From an uncultured Fluviicola sp. (GTDB taxonomy: Bacteria > Bacteroidota > Bacteroidia > Flavobacteriales_D > Crocinitomicaceae), in the NCBI GenBank assembly GCA_966211245.1, contig CBIHND010000011.1, positions 56,274 to 120,273 on the forward strand: a DNA stretch of 64,000 nt. Direction: 5' to 3'. Below, in pieces: positions 39,988 to 49,811 of the stretch (the first letter of the stretch is position 1; every line of letters begins with the position of its first letter). The translations under genes and the position numbers were made by a program. Below the pieces are notes generated by a model that was not told the origin of the DNA, did not search any database, and saw only the letters and a program-made list of their open reading frames with translations.

Positions 39988-42174
39988 ATGGCAACGAAAC
40001 GACTCCAGGCGTACAGAGATGTTCTCAACAGAACTCCAAAACACATCGATTATGATGGGAAAGTGTCCGATTTATTCGGTAAGAATGTATTTCACACCGA
40101 AATCATGCGTGAGTATCTTCCTTCAGATGCTTACAAATCAATGATGGAATCTATTCAAAACGGAACACGTTTGGACCGTAAAATGGCAGATCAGGTTGCT
40201 TCAGCAATGAAAGATTGGGCAATTACAAAAGGCGCTACACACTATACTCACTGGTTTCAGCCGCTAACAGGGACTACCGCTGAAAAGCACGATGCGTTTT
40301 TCAAGCCGGTTGGCCCGGGACGTGCAATTGAACGTTTCGACGGAGATTTGCTGGTTCAGCAGGAACCGGATGCTTCTTCTTTCCCGAACGGTGGGATCAG
40401 AAACACATTTGAAGCTCGTGGATATACTGCATGGGATCCATCGTCACCTGCTTTCGTTATCGGGAAAACCTTGTGTATCCCAACTATTTTCATCTCTTAC
40501 ACAGGAGAGTCGCTCGATTACAAAATGCCATTGTTGAAAGCACTTCACGCAGTTGATCAGGCTGCCGTTGAGGTTTGCCAATATTTTGATAAAAACGTTA
40601 CTAAAGTGAATGCAACGCTGGGGTGGGAGCAGGAGTACTTCCTTGTTGACCAGGCATTGTTTAACTGTCGTCCGGATTTGATGATGACCGGACGCGCATT
40701 GTTCGGACATGCTCCTGCAAAAGGTCAGCAGTTGGACGATCATTACTTCGGGTCTATTCCTGAACGTGTAACTGCTTTCATGCGTGAATTCGAAACGGAA
40801 GCAATTCTTCTAGGAATTCCTGTAACGACACGTCACAACGAAGTAGCTCCGAACCAGTTTGAGTGTGCTCCGATTTTTGAAGAGTGTAACCTTGCTAACG
40901 ATCACAACCTATTGTTGATGGACTTATTGGAGAAAGTAGCGCGCAAGCACGATTTCCGTGTATTGTTGCATGAAAAACCATTCGCAGGTGTAAACGGGTC
41001 AGGAAAACACAACAACTGGTCGTTAGGTACGAATACCGGAGTTAACTTGTTGCAACCGGGTAAAAATCCTAAGTCAAACCTACAGTTCCTTACTTTCTTT
41101 GTGAATACCATTAAGGCAATTCACGATAATGCAGATTTGCTACGTGCATGTATCGCTTCTGCTGGTAACGACCATCGTTTGGGTGCGAACGAAGCTCCGC
41201 CGGCAATCATTTCAACATTCATCGGAACTCAGTTGTCAACTGCATTGGATGAGTTGGAAAAAAGTGTGAAAGCCGGAAAAATGTCGCCACAGGATAAAAC
41301 GGAATTGAAACTGAATATCGGTAAGATTCCTCAGATCATGCTGGACAATACCGATCGTAACCGTACATCTCCGTTTGCGTTCACAGGAAACAAATTTGAG
41401 TTCCGTGCGGTTGGTTCATCTGCAAACTGTGCCTCTGCAATGATCGTTTTGAACACTATCATGGCGAAACAATTGAAAGAGTTCAAAAAAGATGTTGACG
41501 CCCGCATCAATAAAGGTGAAGGAAAAGACGAAGCCATCCTGAAGGAATTGCAAAAACAAATCAAGGAATCGAAGAAGATTCGTTTTGAAGGAAACGGTTA
41601 CGGTGAAGAATGGGTTCGTGAGGCAGAAGCACGCGGATTGAGCAACCTGAAAGATACTCCACGTGCATTGAAGCCTTGGGGAGATAAGAAGTTCATCAAA
41701 TTGTTCGATGAAATGGGAGTATTGACTCCACGTGAGTTGGAAGCTCGTCAGGAAATCGAATTTGAAAACTACATCTTGAAAATTCAGATCGAAGCACGTA
41801 TTATGGGTGATTTGGTTCAGACGCATATTATTCCAGCGGTGATTGAATACCAAAACAAATTGATTTCAAACGTTCAGGGAATCGTTGCTGCGCTGGGAGA
41901 TAAAGCCGGGAAAGCTGCTGCCAAAGCTCAGATTGAATTGATCGAGAAGATTTCGGAACACCTGAACAGAATGAAGTCTACTTGTGATACCATGCTTCAG
42001 GAGCGTAAAGTAGCCAACAAAATCGAACACGCTGAAGAGAAAGCGATTGCATATTGTGATAAAGTTCGTGTTCATTTTGATGAAATCCGCTACAACGCAG
42101 ACAAATTGGAATTGTTGGTTGATGACGAGCTATGGCCGTTACCGAAATTCCGCGAAATGTTGTTTACCCGCTAA
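39988..42174 (+). CDS. glnA: Glutamine synthetase type III
   Basis: GATHYTHWFQPLTG.TAEKHD, QEPDASSFPNGG.R.TFEARGYTAWD, HEKPFAGVNGSGKHNNWS, TDRNRTSPFAFTGNKFEFRA. Confidence 0.97.
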   Translation: MATKRLQAYRDVLNRTPKHIDYDGKVSDLFGKNVFHTEIMREYLPSDAYKSMMESIQNGTRLDRKMADQVASAMKDWAITKGATHYTHWFQPLTGTTAEKHDAFFKPVGPGRAIERFDGDLLVQQEPDASSFPNGGIRNTFEARGYTAWDPSSPAFVIGKTLCIPTIFISYTGESLDYKMPLLKALHAVDQAAVEVCQYFDKNVTKVNATLGWEQEYFLVDQALFNCRPDLMMTGRALFGHAPAKGQQLDDHYFGSIPERVTAFMREFETEAILLGIPVTTRHNEVAPNQFECAPIFEECNLANDHNLLLMDLLEKVARKHDFRVLLHEKPFAGVNGSGKHNNWSLGTNTGVNLLQPGKNPKSNLQFLTFFVNTIKAIHDNADLLRACIASAGNDHRLGANEAPPAIISTFIGTQLSTALDELEKSVKAGKMSPQDKTELKLNIGKIPQIMLDNTDRNRTSPFAFTGNKFEFRAVGSSANCASAMIVLNTIMAKQLKEFKKDVDARINKGEGKDEAILKELQKQIKESKKIRFEGNGYGEEWVREAEARGLSNLKDTPRALKPWGDKKFIKLFDEMGVLTPRELEARQEIEFENYILKIQIEARIMGDLVQTHIIPAVIEYQNKLISNVQGIVAALGDKAGKAAAKAQIELIEKISEHLNRMKSTCDTMLQERKVANKIEHAEEKAIAYCDKVRVHFDEIRYNADKLELLVDDELWPLPKFREMLFTR

Positions 42175-42193
42175 ACTCAAATAGAAAACCAAA

Positions 42194-42226
42194 GAAAGCA
42201 TCGCTCAAAAGGCGGTGCTTTTTTTT
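42194..42226 (+). terminator. Intrinsic terminator of glnA
   Basis: AAAGCATCGC-TCAAAAG-GCGGTGCTTT followed by a T run. Confidence 0.85.
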
Positions 42227-42227
42227 G

Positions 42228-42358
42228 TCAGCTCTCGATACGCATCGCTCTTCATTCCATTACGGTCTGCTGGCGATTGCTGTATCGGTTCATTCACTTT
42301 CCTGTTTGGGGCGTGAAGGCAGGTCGAGTTGCGAAGAATGACCAGTATCGAGAACTGA
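42228..42358. repeat. MITE/REP-like element with 14-bp terminal inverted repeats
   Basis: TCAGCTCTCGATAC / GTATCGAGAACTGA (13/14 complementary) around a 103-bp GC-richer interior. Confidence 0.65.
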
Positions 42359-42395
42359 TTGGTAATTCTTACCTTCACCATCAAATTCTACTCTT

Positions 42396-44369
42396 TTGAA
42401 GAACGATAAAACCAAACCCGGAAAACAAGAGGCAGTTAGCCTGTCTACTGAAAAGAACTATTCCTCACTGATCTGGATCCTCGGAATCATCTCAGCGGTT
42501 GTTTATTTCAATACACTCAAACATGGTTTTGTACTGGATGACATTGCGGTGATTGAACAAAACAAGTTCGTTACACAGGGAATTTCAGGAATTCCTAAAA
42601 TTCTGACAACGTTTTACTGGGAAGGTTATTGGGAGGCGAATGCGGGGTTGTACCGACCACTTTCGTTGATTATGTTCAGTATTGAATGGTCATTATCACC
42701 GAACAATCCTTTCATTCATCATTTCATGAATGTAGCGCTGTATGTTTTGAGTATTGCTCTCCTTTACAAATTGCTCAAAAAACTACTTATTGATTTTGCC
42801 GATTGGATTCCGTTTGTTGCGACATTGATTTTTGCGGTTCATCCAATTCATACGGAGGTTGTAGCGAATATCAAAAGTCGGGATGAAATTCTGTGTTTCC
42901 TGTTTTTTGTTTTGACGTTCCTCCAACTGCTGAAAGAAAAGAAGACTATAACTTCTCATGCTCTCACGGCGTTACTCTTCTTACTTTGTTTACTGTCGAA
43001 AGAAGCTGGAATTCTCTTCGTTCCAATTATTGGGTTGTACTTCCTGATCATTCGCAAAGAACAACTGAAAATCGGTGCGATGAAATTAGCTCCGCTGGTG
43101 CTAACCGGTGTGGTGTGGTTTGCCATTCACCAAAGTGTCATTCATTCTTCCAAAGCGGAACCGATTACTTACACCTATAACGACAATTCATTGGTCGGAT
43201 GTAGCGATAAAGCAACTCAGGTTGCAACCGGAATCGGAATTCTCGGAAAATACATAGAGAAATCTGTTGTTCCGATGAACCTAACGTACGATTACTCATT
43301 CAATGAGATTCCGTGCAGCACTTTTTCTTCAGGGAATGTGTGGATGACACTCATAGTTGTAATAGGCTTGCTGATAATCGGGTTCATTTACAGAAAGAAA
43401 CAGCCGTGGTTGTTGTTTGGAGTGTTGTTCTTTCTGATTGGAATTTCTTTGGTGACCAACATCTTTACGTTAATTGGAGCGACATTCGGAGAACGCCTTT
43501 TATTTACACCGGTTCTGGGACTCATCCTGTTTGTGGTAATCGGAGCTCAGGGCTTACTGAAGTCAGAACAACGTTCTTCCTTTTTCAATATTGGAAGCGG
43601 AGCATTGCTTCTTGTTGCATGCGTTTTTGTGGGACAAACATGGAGTCGAAACGGAGATTGGTCCTCGAATGAAACCTTGTTTGAAGCTGCTGTGAAAACG
43701 GGCTCGAATAGTTCCAGGGTACATGCGAATCACGCCATTATGCTGATGAACAATCCGATTTCAGATTCCGTTCAAAAAGCAGAATTGACAAAAACCGCCA
43801 TTCAACATTTCAATAAAGCATTGGCGATAGATCCAGCGAATAAGGATGCATTGATTAATAATGCCGTTTGTCATTACCGAATTGGTGCGTATGGGAAATC
43901 TATCGCGTTGAGTAAACAGGCGTTGGAGATCGTTCCGAATGATACGTTGATCTTTTTCAATGTTGCAGACGCATATTACGGGAATAAGGAACTCGATAGC
44001 GCGATTGCCTGGTACTGGAAGGCAATTCCTTCTCCGGCGGCATCAGTTGGGAGCTTTGAACGCCTGGGAATGATTTATTTCAACGATAAGGACTACGAAA
44101 AGGCAACCGAAGTTTACAAGCTTGGTTTGAAACACTATCCGGATCACGAGAACCTGAAAACCTGTTTGGCTAATTGTTATGGGATTACGGAGCAATACAG
44201 TAAAGCGATTCCATTGTTTAAATCGATTTACGAACGAAACCCTCAAAACAAAGGGGCGTTGCAAATGCTGATCATGACATACGCAAGAAGCGGAAATACG
44301 AAAGAGGCAGAGAAGTACAATGCTATTCTGAATCCGCCGATTCAGCAGCAGCAACCGGTGCAACAATAG
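42396..44369 (+). CDS. TMTC-like GT-C membrane glycosyltransferase (DUF1736-like) with C-terminal TPRs
   Basis: GFVLDD, LYRPL, FAVHPIHTEVVANI..R.EIL, LLSKE, GERLLFTP motifs; about 11 TM segments; TPR tail; start codon uncertain. Confidence 0.85.
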   Translation: MKNDKTKPGKQEAVSLSTEKNYSSLIWILGIISAVVYFNTLKHGFVLDDIAVIEQNKFVTQGISGIPKILTTFYWEGYWEANAGLYRPLSLIMFSIEWSLSPNNPFIHHFMNVALYVLSIALLYKLLKKLLIDFADWIPFVATLIFAVHPIHTEVVANIKSRDEILCFLFFVLTFLQLLKEKKTITSHALTALLFLLCLLSKEAGILFVPIIGLYFLIIRKEQLKIGAMKLAPLVLTGVVWFAIHQSVIHSSKAEPITYTYNDNSLVGCSDKATQVATGIGILGKYIEKSVVPMNLTYDYSFNEIPCSTFSSGNVWMTLIVVIGLLIIGFIYRKKQPWLLFGVLFFLIGISLVTNIFTLIGATFGERLLFTPVLGLILFVVIGAQGLLKSEQRSSFFNIGSGALLLVACVFVGQTWSRNGDWSSNETLFEAAVKTGSNSSRVHANHAIMLMNNPISDSVQKAELTKTAIQHFNKALAIDPANKDALINNAVCHYRIGAYGKSIALSKQALEIVPNDTLIFFNVADAYYGNKELDSAIAWYWKAIPSPAASVGSFERLGMIYFNDKDYEKATEVYKLGLKHYPDHENLKTCLANCYGITEQYSKAIPLFKSIYERNPQNKGALQMLIMTYARSGNTKEAEKYNAILNPPIQQQQPVQQ

Positions 44370-44384
44370 TCGAGATCATTCTTT

Positions 44385-44930
44385 TTATACAAACAAATGC
44401 ATCAACACTTCGTTGTGATAACACCCGTTTTGTTTGAAGAATTTCGGTGTCATTCCATGTTCCACAAATCCGGCTTTTCTGTAAAGTGCTCTTCCTGCTT
44501 CGTTTTCTTCGTAAACCTGTAACCAGAGCATTTCAAGAACAGGATTCGCTTTGGCCCACTCGATTGCAGCTGTGAGAATTGCAGTTCCCAGACCAACACC
44601 TTCCCATTCTTTCCACATGCCCATTCCGAAGAGGGCGGTGTGTTCCATGATTTTACGTTTGTGCCCTTCGAGGTTGATGTTCCCAACAATTTTTCCATTG
44701 TATTCTGCTACAAGAAACAGGCAGGTGTCGCGTTCTATGTACGAACGAAGAATTGCTTCCTCTTCTTCAAGTGATGGATTGAACTCCCCTTCGACCAATG
44801 GAACGTATTCTGCATCGTAAACAAATCCTTGCACAAAATCGATGACACGTGGTGCATCTGCAACCTCAACATGTCGAAGCAAAATGGTTTTTCCGTTCTT
44901 CAGGAGAACTTCTTTCGGAGTGAATTTCAT
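44385..44930 (-). CDS. GNAT-family N-acetyltransferase
   Basis: LFLVAEYNGKIVG, WEGVGLGTAIL, LQVYEENE.GRALYRKAGF. Confidence 0.92.
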   Translation of the reverse strand: MKFTPKEVLLKNGKTILLRHVEVADAPRVIDFVQGFVYDAEYVPLVEGEFNPSLEEEEAILRSYIERDTCLFLVAEYNGKIVGNINLEGHKRKIMEHTALFGMGMWKEWEGVGLGTAILTAAIEWAKANPVLEMLWLQVYEENEAGRALYRKAGFVEHGMTPKFFKQNGCYHNEVLMHLFV

Positions 44931-45010
44931 GGATTAAAAGTAGCGGTTTTGCTGACCTGTAAACAAATTTATTTACACCTTAATTCATTTATTGTTTCGA
45001 TTTTTTAGAA

Positions 45011-47080
45011 TCAAAACGTCATCCTAAACTGTACCGTAACATCCGTCTTCTGATTCCCGTTAATCTGCTCAGCTCCCGAACTCAATACCGTTTTGTTGGA
45101 GTAGAGGTAAGTCCCCAAACGGAACCACAAATCACAGTGATGCAGGAAGGAATATCGAACCAGGAAATACGCCCTTGAACCCTGATAATAATATGCCGGG
45201 GCAGAAAAAACGTACAGTGCATTATTTTCAAATGTGTAAATGCGTGTATCGTAGCTATCCGTATCAAACATTGCGTAGCGCAGAGCCAGATCAAACGGAG
45301 AACTTTTCGGACGCACAACGATATCCTGGGAAAGCACATAACCTTCTTCGCGACCAACAGAATTTCGGTCAACGGTCACATATTCCAAACGACTTTTCAG
45401 GGTAATCGCCTCAGAAACCTTATAGTTTATGTTCAAACGGTAGTTGCGCTGGGTCACATCCTCAATTTCTGTTACGGTTCCATCCGAATAACGACTGTTC
45501 TTTTGGCGTAATTGCTGACGGAAACGCCCATAAATCTCCAGTTCCTTATTGGGTTTGTAAACCGGCTGAAACAAAAATTCATTCCCTGCCGAAGGTGCAT
45601 CAACCTGGTACTTCAACCAGGGAAACGTAAAGTAATCCGCATACGTGTTAATTGTCCAGGCTGAATTCAGTTTGATTTTGGCTCCGAAGAACAATCCTTT
45701 TTCGTTTTGAGTATTGCTCCCTTCCGAAAATCCATTGTTGTAGAAGGTGTAGTAGGCTTTGTCGTAATTTCTGTAAATGACGCTTACGGATATTCTCGGA
45801 TCAAGTGCGGCCATCATTCCATAGAGTTGTGCAAAGGATTTTGTAGCCGACGCATAGGATGCTTCGCCAAAGAAGTTCACATTTTTCAACACCAAATTAT
45901 AATCCACGCTCGTTCCGGATGTTGAAGTGCCTCTGAATGCGTAAATGTTATAAGGAACTGTGTCTTTGATTAATGATGCTGAATAGTTTTGTTGAACATG
46001 AGCAAGGCCAAGACTGAATCGGGTACTCTGATAAGCCACGTAAGATCCGAAAACGCGCTCACTCAATTGATTTTTTTTCGCAATTTCACTATTGGTACGA
46101 TGTAAACCAGATAAATCGATTGTGGTTACGAACTCCAGATCGTCTGCCAGTGAATCGGAGATTCCGGTTCCGTCAATCCGCTTTTGACTATAGAAATTCA
46201 GCATCGTGAAATTCTTGTATCCTAAGACTGCCGCGGCTCCACGGAAGTAACGATTTTCATCAACCGAGGTGTACGGACGAAGTAAATTTGCTGTTCTTTT
46301 CGAGGAAAAAATATCTGCTGTCTTTCCGAAGGCATAACCTGAGAAAACATTTAATCCTTGACCAATTTGAACGAGGTAGTCACCGACCGCAACGCTCTTA
46401 ATGTACTTTCCTCCTTTAAAGAAAGCATGTGCGGAGTAATAATCAAAACCACTCTGACTTCCTTTGAAAAACTCTTCTCCGGGATCTTTTTCTGCAGTAA
46501 AACCAACGCTGATATTCGTCCGGTACGTATACCTGAAACGGGTGTAATAGCGATCAGGATTTCCGTGATAATAAGAATTTGAGCTGTTCAGAATGGAATC
46601 AGGAACAGCTGTGTATCCCTTTTTTTGTTGTGTAATGGTTTGATAACGAAGGTAATGTTCAAACTTTCCGTTCTTCATCGCTTCCCTGAAAGTAATGTGC
46701 AACTGATCAATTTTATCGTCTACTTTAATAAAAGGCAGAACCAGCTGAATCGTCGATAAATCCCAGTATTTCAAACTTTGTAACTCATAAACTGAGATGA
46801 ATTTGCCAAATTGTTTGATGTGAAGAAAAACCTCTGAAATCTGAACGTCAGTCAACAATCCAAGGGAACGAAGTTCTTCTGCATCGGTATTGTTAAGGTT
46901 GATCGGGTTATCGAAGTAATAATTGAGTTGTTCGAAAATGTTCGTAAGATCAAGTTCTTCGGATTCGTTTTGTTCTGAAATGAATTCCACACGCTGCTGA
47001 ATGATCTCGGCTCGTTCCTGCGACCATCCTTTTGCCACGAAACAGAGGAAAAGTATCGTCAGTAACGCCTTATTTCTCAT
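45011..47080 (-). CDS. ComEA-like helix-hairpin-helix domain + outer-membrane beta-barrel protein
   Basis: Signal peptide from MRNKALL; INLNNTDAEELRSLGLL...GKFISVYELQ HhH; AEKDPGE, GDY.VQ.GQGL, DTDSYDTRIY.FE; terminal Phe. Confidence 0.85.
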   Translation of the reverse strand: MRNKALLTILFLCFVAKGWSQERAEIIQQRVEFISEQNESEELDLTNIFEQLNYYFDNPINLNNTDAEELRSLGLLTDVQISEVFLHIKQFGKFISVYELQSLKYWDLSTIQLVLPFIKVDDKIDQLHITFREAMKNGKFEHYLRYQTITQQKKGYTAVPDSILNSSNSYYHGNPDRYYTRFRYTYRTNISVGFTAEKDPGEEFFKGSQSGFDYYSAHAFFKGGKYIKSVAVGDYLVQIGQGLNVFSGYAFGKTADIFSSKRTANLLRPYTSVDENRYFRGAAAVLGYKNFTMLNFYSQKRIDGTGISDSLADDLEFVTTIDLSGLHRTNSEIAKKNQLSERVFGSYVAYQSTRFSLGLAHVQQNYSASLIKDTVPYNIYAFRGTSTSGTSVDYNLVLKNVNFFGEASYASATKSFAQLYGMMAALDPRISVSVIYRNYDKAYYTFYNNGFSEGSNTQNEKGLFFGAKIKLNSAWTINTYADYFTFPWLKYQVDAPSAGNEFLFQPVYKPNKELEIYGRFRQQLRQKNSRYSDGTVTEIEDVTQRNYRLNINYKVSEAITLKSRLEYVTVDRNSVGREEGYVLSQDIVVRPKSSPFDLALRYAMFDTDSYDTRIYTFENNALYVFSAPAYYYQGSRAYFLVRYSFLHHCDLWFRLGTYLYSNKTVLSSGAEQINGNQKTDVTVQFRMTF

Positions 47081-47906
47081 CCTTGGCGAATAAGTAGGTG
47101 AAACCAATGTGGGGACTCCATCCCAATTGCTGATGGTACTTTGACCCGAAATCAAGGAGGATGGATTTGGAAACGTATCCGAAACCAAATGAGAAATTAG
47201 CCGGACCAGTCTGCGCACCAAGTCGAACGGCAACTTGTTTAATCGGAAGGTATTCAATAGCACCGCGGAATGTAATCGGGTAAATCACATCCTTTTGTAT
47301 TTCACCAATTACCTTGACTTTATCAGAAGGTGAATAACTGCTTCCAAGGCGCATAACACTGTTGAAACGATCTTCCAATTCGCCTGAGGCAGATGAAATC
47401 CGTTGACGCCCGATATTGGTGATGCTGAATCCAAGGTCCCATTTGTCTGTAAACCTGGCCAGAAAACCAGCTTCTGCCGTTGCGCTGATGCTTGAACCGT
47501 AATTGTTTCCAAGTCGAAGGTACTGGATGTTTCCCTGAACGCCGGCAGAGAATTTTTCAGAAAGTTGAAGTGCATAACCCAATCCTGCACGTGTGTGACG
47601 GTACTGTTCGTAACCGAAAAGTTGTGCACCGGTCATGATAACTCCTCTTTTTAACGGTAATGCAGCAGCAATTGCCTGATTTTGGAGTTCTTTGGTCATG
47701 AAGCGGGTGTCGTAATACATTCCCACCGAGAACGCTTTGATTCGGGCAACTGCTCCCGGATTTTGATGAACAGCCCAAACATCGGTTAGTGTCACACTTG
47801 CACCGCTCAATGAATTGGATCGTGCGCCAACGGGATTCCAGCCTTGTGCTGATACTCCTAAACCAAAAAATAACCAACCAAAGAGAAAGAGGAACCTTAC
47901 CATCAT
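47070..47906 (-). CDS. PorV/FadL-like outer-membrane barrel
   Basis: GARSNSLSGA..T.TDVWAVHQNPG hatch motif, amphipathic strands, HQQLGWSPHIGFTY end. Confidence 0.75.
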   Translation of the reverse strand: MMVRFLFLFGWLFFGLGVSAQGWNPVGARSNSLSGASVTLTDVWAVHQNPGAVARIKAFSVGMYYDTRFMTKELQNQAIAAALPLKRGVIMTGAQLFGYEQYRHTRAGLGYALQLSEKFSAGVQGNIQYLRLGNNYGSSISATAEAGFLARFTDKWDLGFSITNIGRQRISSASGELEDRFNSVMRLGSSYSPSDKVKVIGEIQKDVIYPITFRGAIEYLPIKQVAVRLGAQTGPANFSFGFGYVSKSILLDFGSKYHQQLGWSPHIGFTYLFAKDEK

Positions 47907-48379
47907 ACTTTAAACAGACGCTTTAGTTTGATTTCTTTGTTTTTATAGTCGTCGTCCATCAGGAAATACCAGGTTTTGCCTTCGTCACTGCTGATTGCGT
48001 AGATGGGATAATCGTTATCCAATTCTTCTATTGCAGTATAGACTTTCACCGAAAACTTGCACTGAATGTCTTTTCCGGATTGCTTCACCTGTTTTATGGA
48101 GTAATCGCCAATGTAGCTTCGGCGCTCAGCGAGTGCTTCGAATTCGTCAACATTTTCAGCTTCCTTATGAAAATGATTCAGGAAAGCCGTGTCGCCTTTT
48201 GCGTGGTAGAATTTAACTGCCGATGAATGCGTAAGTGCTGCCAGCTCTAATGTTCGGGATTCGTTATAAGCTTTCATGTAACGTCCTATCTGGCTGTTCA
48301 GTCTCTGTTCCTGTTCAGCATTGAGATCACAGGAGGCGAACAAAATCAAGGTAATACAAAGCCAAAAAAAATGTTTCAT
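47903..48379 (-). CDS. Hypothetical lipoprotein
   Basis: Lipobox LFASC after MKHFFW; YAISSDEGKTWYFL; overlaps the next gene. Confidence 0.7.
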   Translation of the reverse strand: MKHFFWLCITLILFASCDLNAEQEQRLNSQIGRYMKAYNESRTLELAALTHSSAVKFYHAKGDTAFLNHFHKEAENVDEFEALAERRSYIGDYSIKQVKQSGKDIQCKFSVKVYTAIEELDNDYPIYAISSDEGKTWYFLMDDDYKNKEIKLKRLFKV

Positions 48380-48455
48380 AAGTCCGTGCAGTTCATTGGA
48401 ACTAAGGTAACTCAAATTCATTAAATCTGTTTAACTTTAAGGAAACTATTGCATT

Positions 48456-49562
48456 ATGAAATTCACGTTACTAACTGTATTTCTGGCCCTTTTCTGGACC
48501 GGAGCTTATTCACAATTAACCAGTAAAACGCTAACTGTCGGAGCTGTTTCACGCTCTTACAAACAATACCTTCCTGTGGGATTTGATCCCCAAAATGAGC
48601 AGGTTTCCGTTGTCATTGCATTTCACGGACTAGGAGGTAACAGTTCACAAATGATCAGTACCGGTTTGAATTTTATCTCGGATACAGCGCGTATTATCGT
48701 ATTTTACCCTCAGGGAATGAACAACGGTGTCGGACAGGCTTCGTGGAACAATAGTGCCGGTTTTTCATCAACTGCGGATGACCTTGGGTTTGTGAATCAA
48801 TTGATTGACTCCGCTATTTTGAATTACAATGCTGATCCTTCGCGTGTGTACGTGTGTGGTTTTTCCATGGGATCCATCATGTCGTATCACCTTGCCTGTA
48901 CGCTGAACAGCAGAATCGCTGCAATTGGTTGTATGTCCGGAACGATGTCGGATTCGGATATTTCAACCTGTGCTCCGACCTATGTTACTCCTGTGATTCA
49001 TTTCCATGGAACGGCTGACGGAACAGTTCCTTACGACGGTTCCGGAATTCCTACATTGAGTATCGTTCCTGAAACCATGGCGTTCTGGAGAAACGCACAC
49101 AGTTGCGCCGCAACTTCAGATTCACTTCGTATTACGGATATCGCCGGTGATGGAATTACGGTGGATCGCTTCCGTTACGACGCCTGTGCCCAAACGTCGT
49201 CTTTAGAGCTTTGGCGATTGAATGGTGCGGACCACGTTTACTTGTACGAACCAACAAACGATATTGATGAAATGACGGAAGCATGGTTGTTTATGTCGCG
49301 TTGGTCCCACAATAATCCAGCTGCTGCAGGATTGAACGAAAACAGTTTATCCACACTGACTGTTTTCCCGAATCCGGCTGAAAATAGAGTAGTGGTGGAG
49401 TCGAAAGTAAATGCGGTTTACACGCTTACCGATCTTCAGGGAAATGTTGTTCTGAAAGGAAATCTGATTTCGGGTAAAAATGAATTGAACATTACCGCGC
49501 TGACTTCCGGGGTATACGTTCTGCAAACCGCAACGGGCAGAGCTAAAATTTCGGTACTATAA
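48456..49562 (+). CDS. T9SS type A cargo: LpqC/PHB-depolymerase-family esterase
   Basis: VIAFHGLGG, DDLGFV..LID, RVYVCGFSMG nucleophile elbow, FHGTAD, GADH; VFPNPA...GVYVL CTD. Confidence 0.9.
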   Translation: MKFTLLTVFLALFWTGAYSQLTSKTLTVGAVSRSYKQYLPVGFDPQNEQVSVVIAFHGLGGNSSQMISTGLNFISDTARIIVFYPQGMNNGVGQASWNNSAGFSSTADDLGFVNQLIDSAILNYNADPSRVYVCGFSMGSIMSYHLACTLNSRIAAIGCMSGTMSDSDISTCAPTYVTPVIHFHGTADGTVPYDGSGIPTLSIVPETMAFWRNAHSCAATSDSLRITDIAGDGITVDRFRYDACAQTSSLELWRLNGADHVYLYEPTNDIDEMTEAWLFMSRWSHNNPAAAGLNENSLSTLTVFPNPAENRVVVESKVNAVYTLTDLQGNVVLKGNLISGKNELNITALTSGVYVLQTATGRAKISVL

Positions 49563-49582
49563 AAAGAAATTTCTTATCTAAT

Positions 49583-49644
49583 CTTCGTGACCTTAGTGCC
49601 TTTGTGGTAAATTAAGAAACTACAAAGGCACCAGGCATTCGAGG
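49583..49644. repeat. Nonamer-periodic inverted repeat
   Basis: CTTCGTGAC-CTTAGTGCC-TTTGTGGTA units; core GTGCCTTTGTGGT/ACTACAAAGGCAC 12/13 complementary. Confidence 0.75.
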
Positions 49645-49754
49645 AAAGCCTCAATTCCTTCCTTCGTGTAAACTCACGATCTCGAACCCCTTTTGTTTTA
49701 TAGCAGTCCGGATAGTTGTCAGAAACAATGTTTTTTACTTAAAATCCTATAAAT

Positions 49755-49811
49755 ACAACCAATGGTTGTCTTAAAACAACTAATTGTAGCGTCAAAACAA
49801 CTAAAAGTGTT
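49755..49811. promoter_or_regulatory. Three 21-bp-phased operator-like repeats
   Basis: ACAAC at 49755, 49776 and 49797; the first is the perfect palindrome ACAACCA-A-TGGTTGT; TAACTTTG -7 box at 49845. Confidence 0.7.

Noticed and set aside
4875-47263. Upstream start extensions in the ORF track (4875, 9315, 23137, 35345, 37244, 47263, 60331 and others)
   Set aside because: They overlap neighbouring genes or promoters; signal peptides and homologous starts begin at later ATGs
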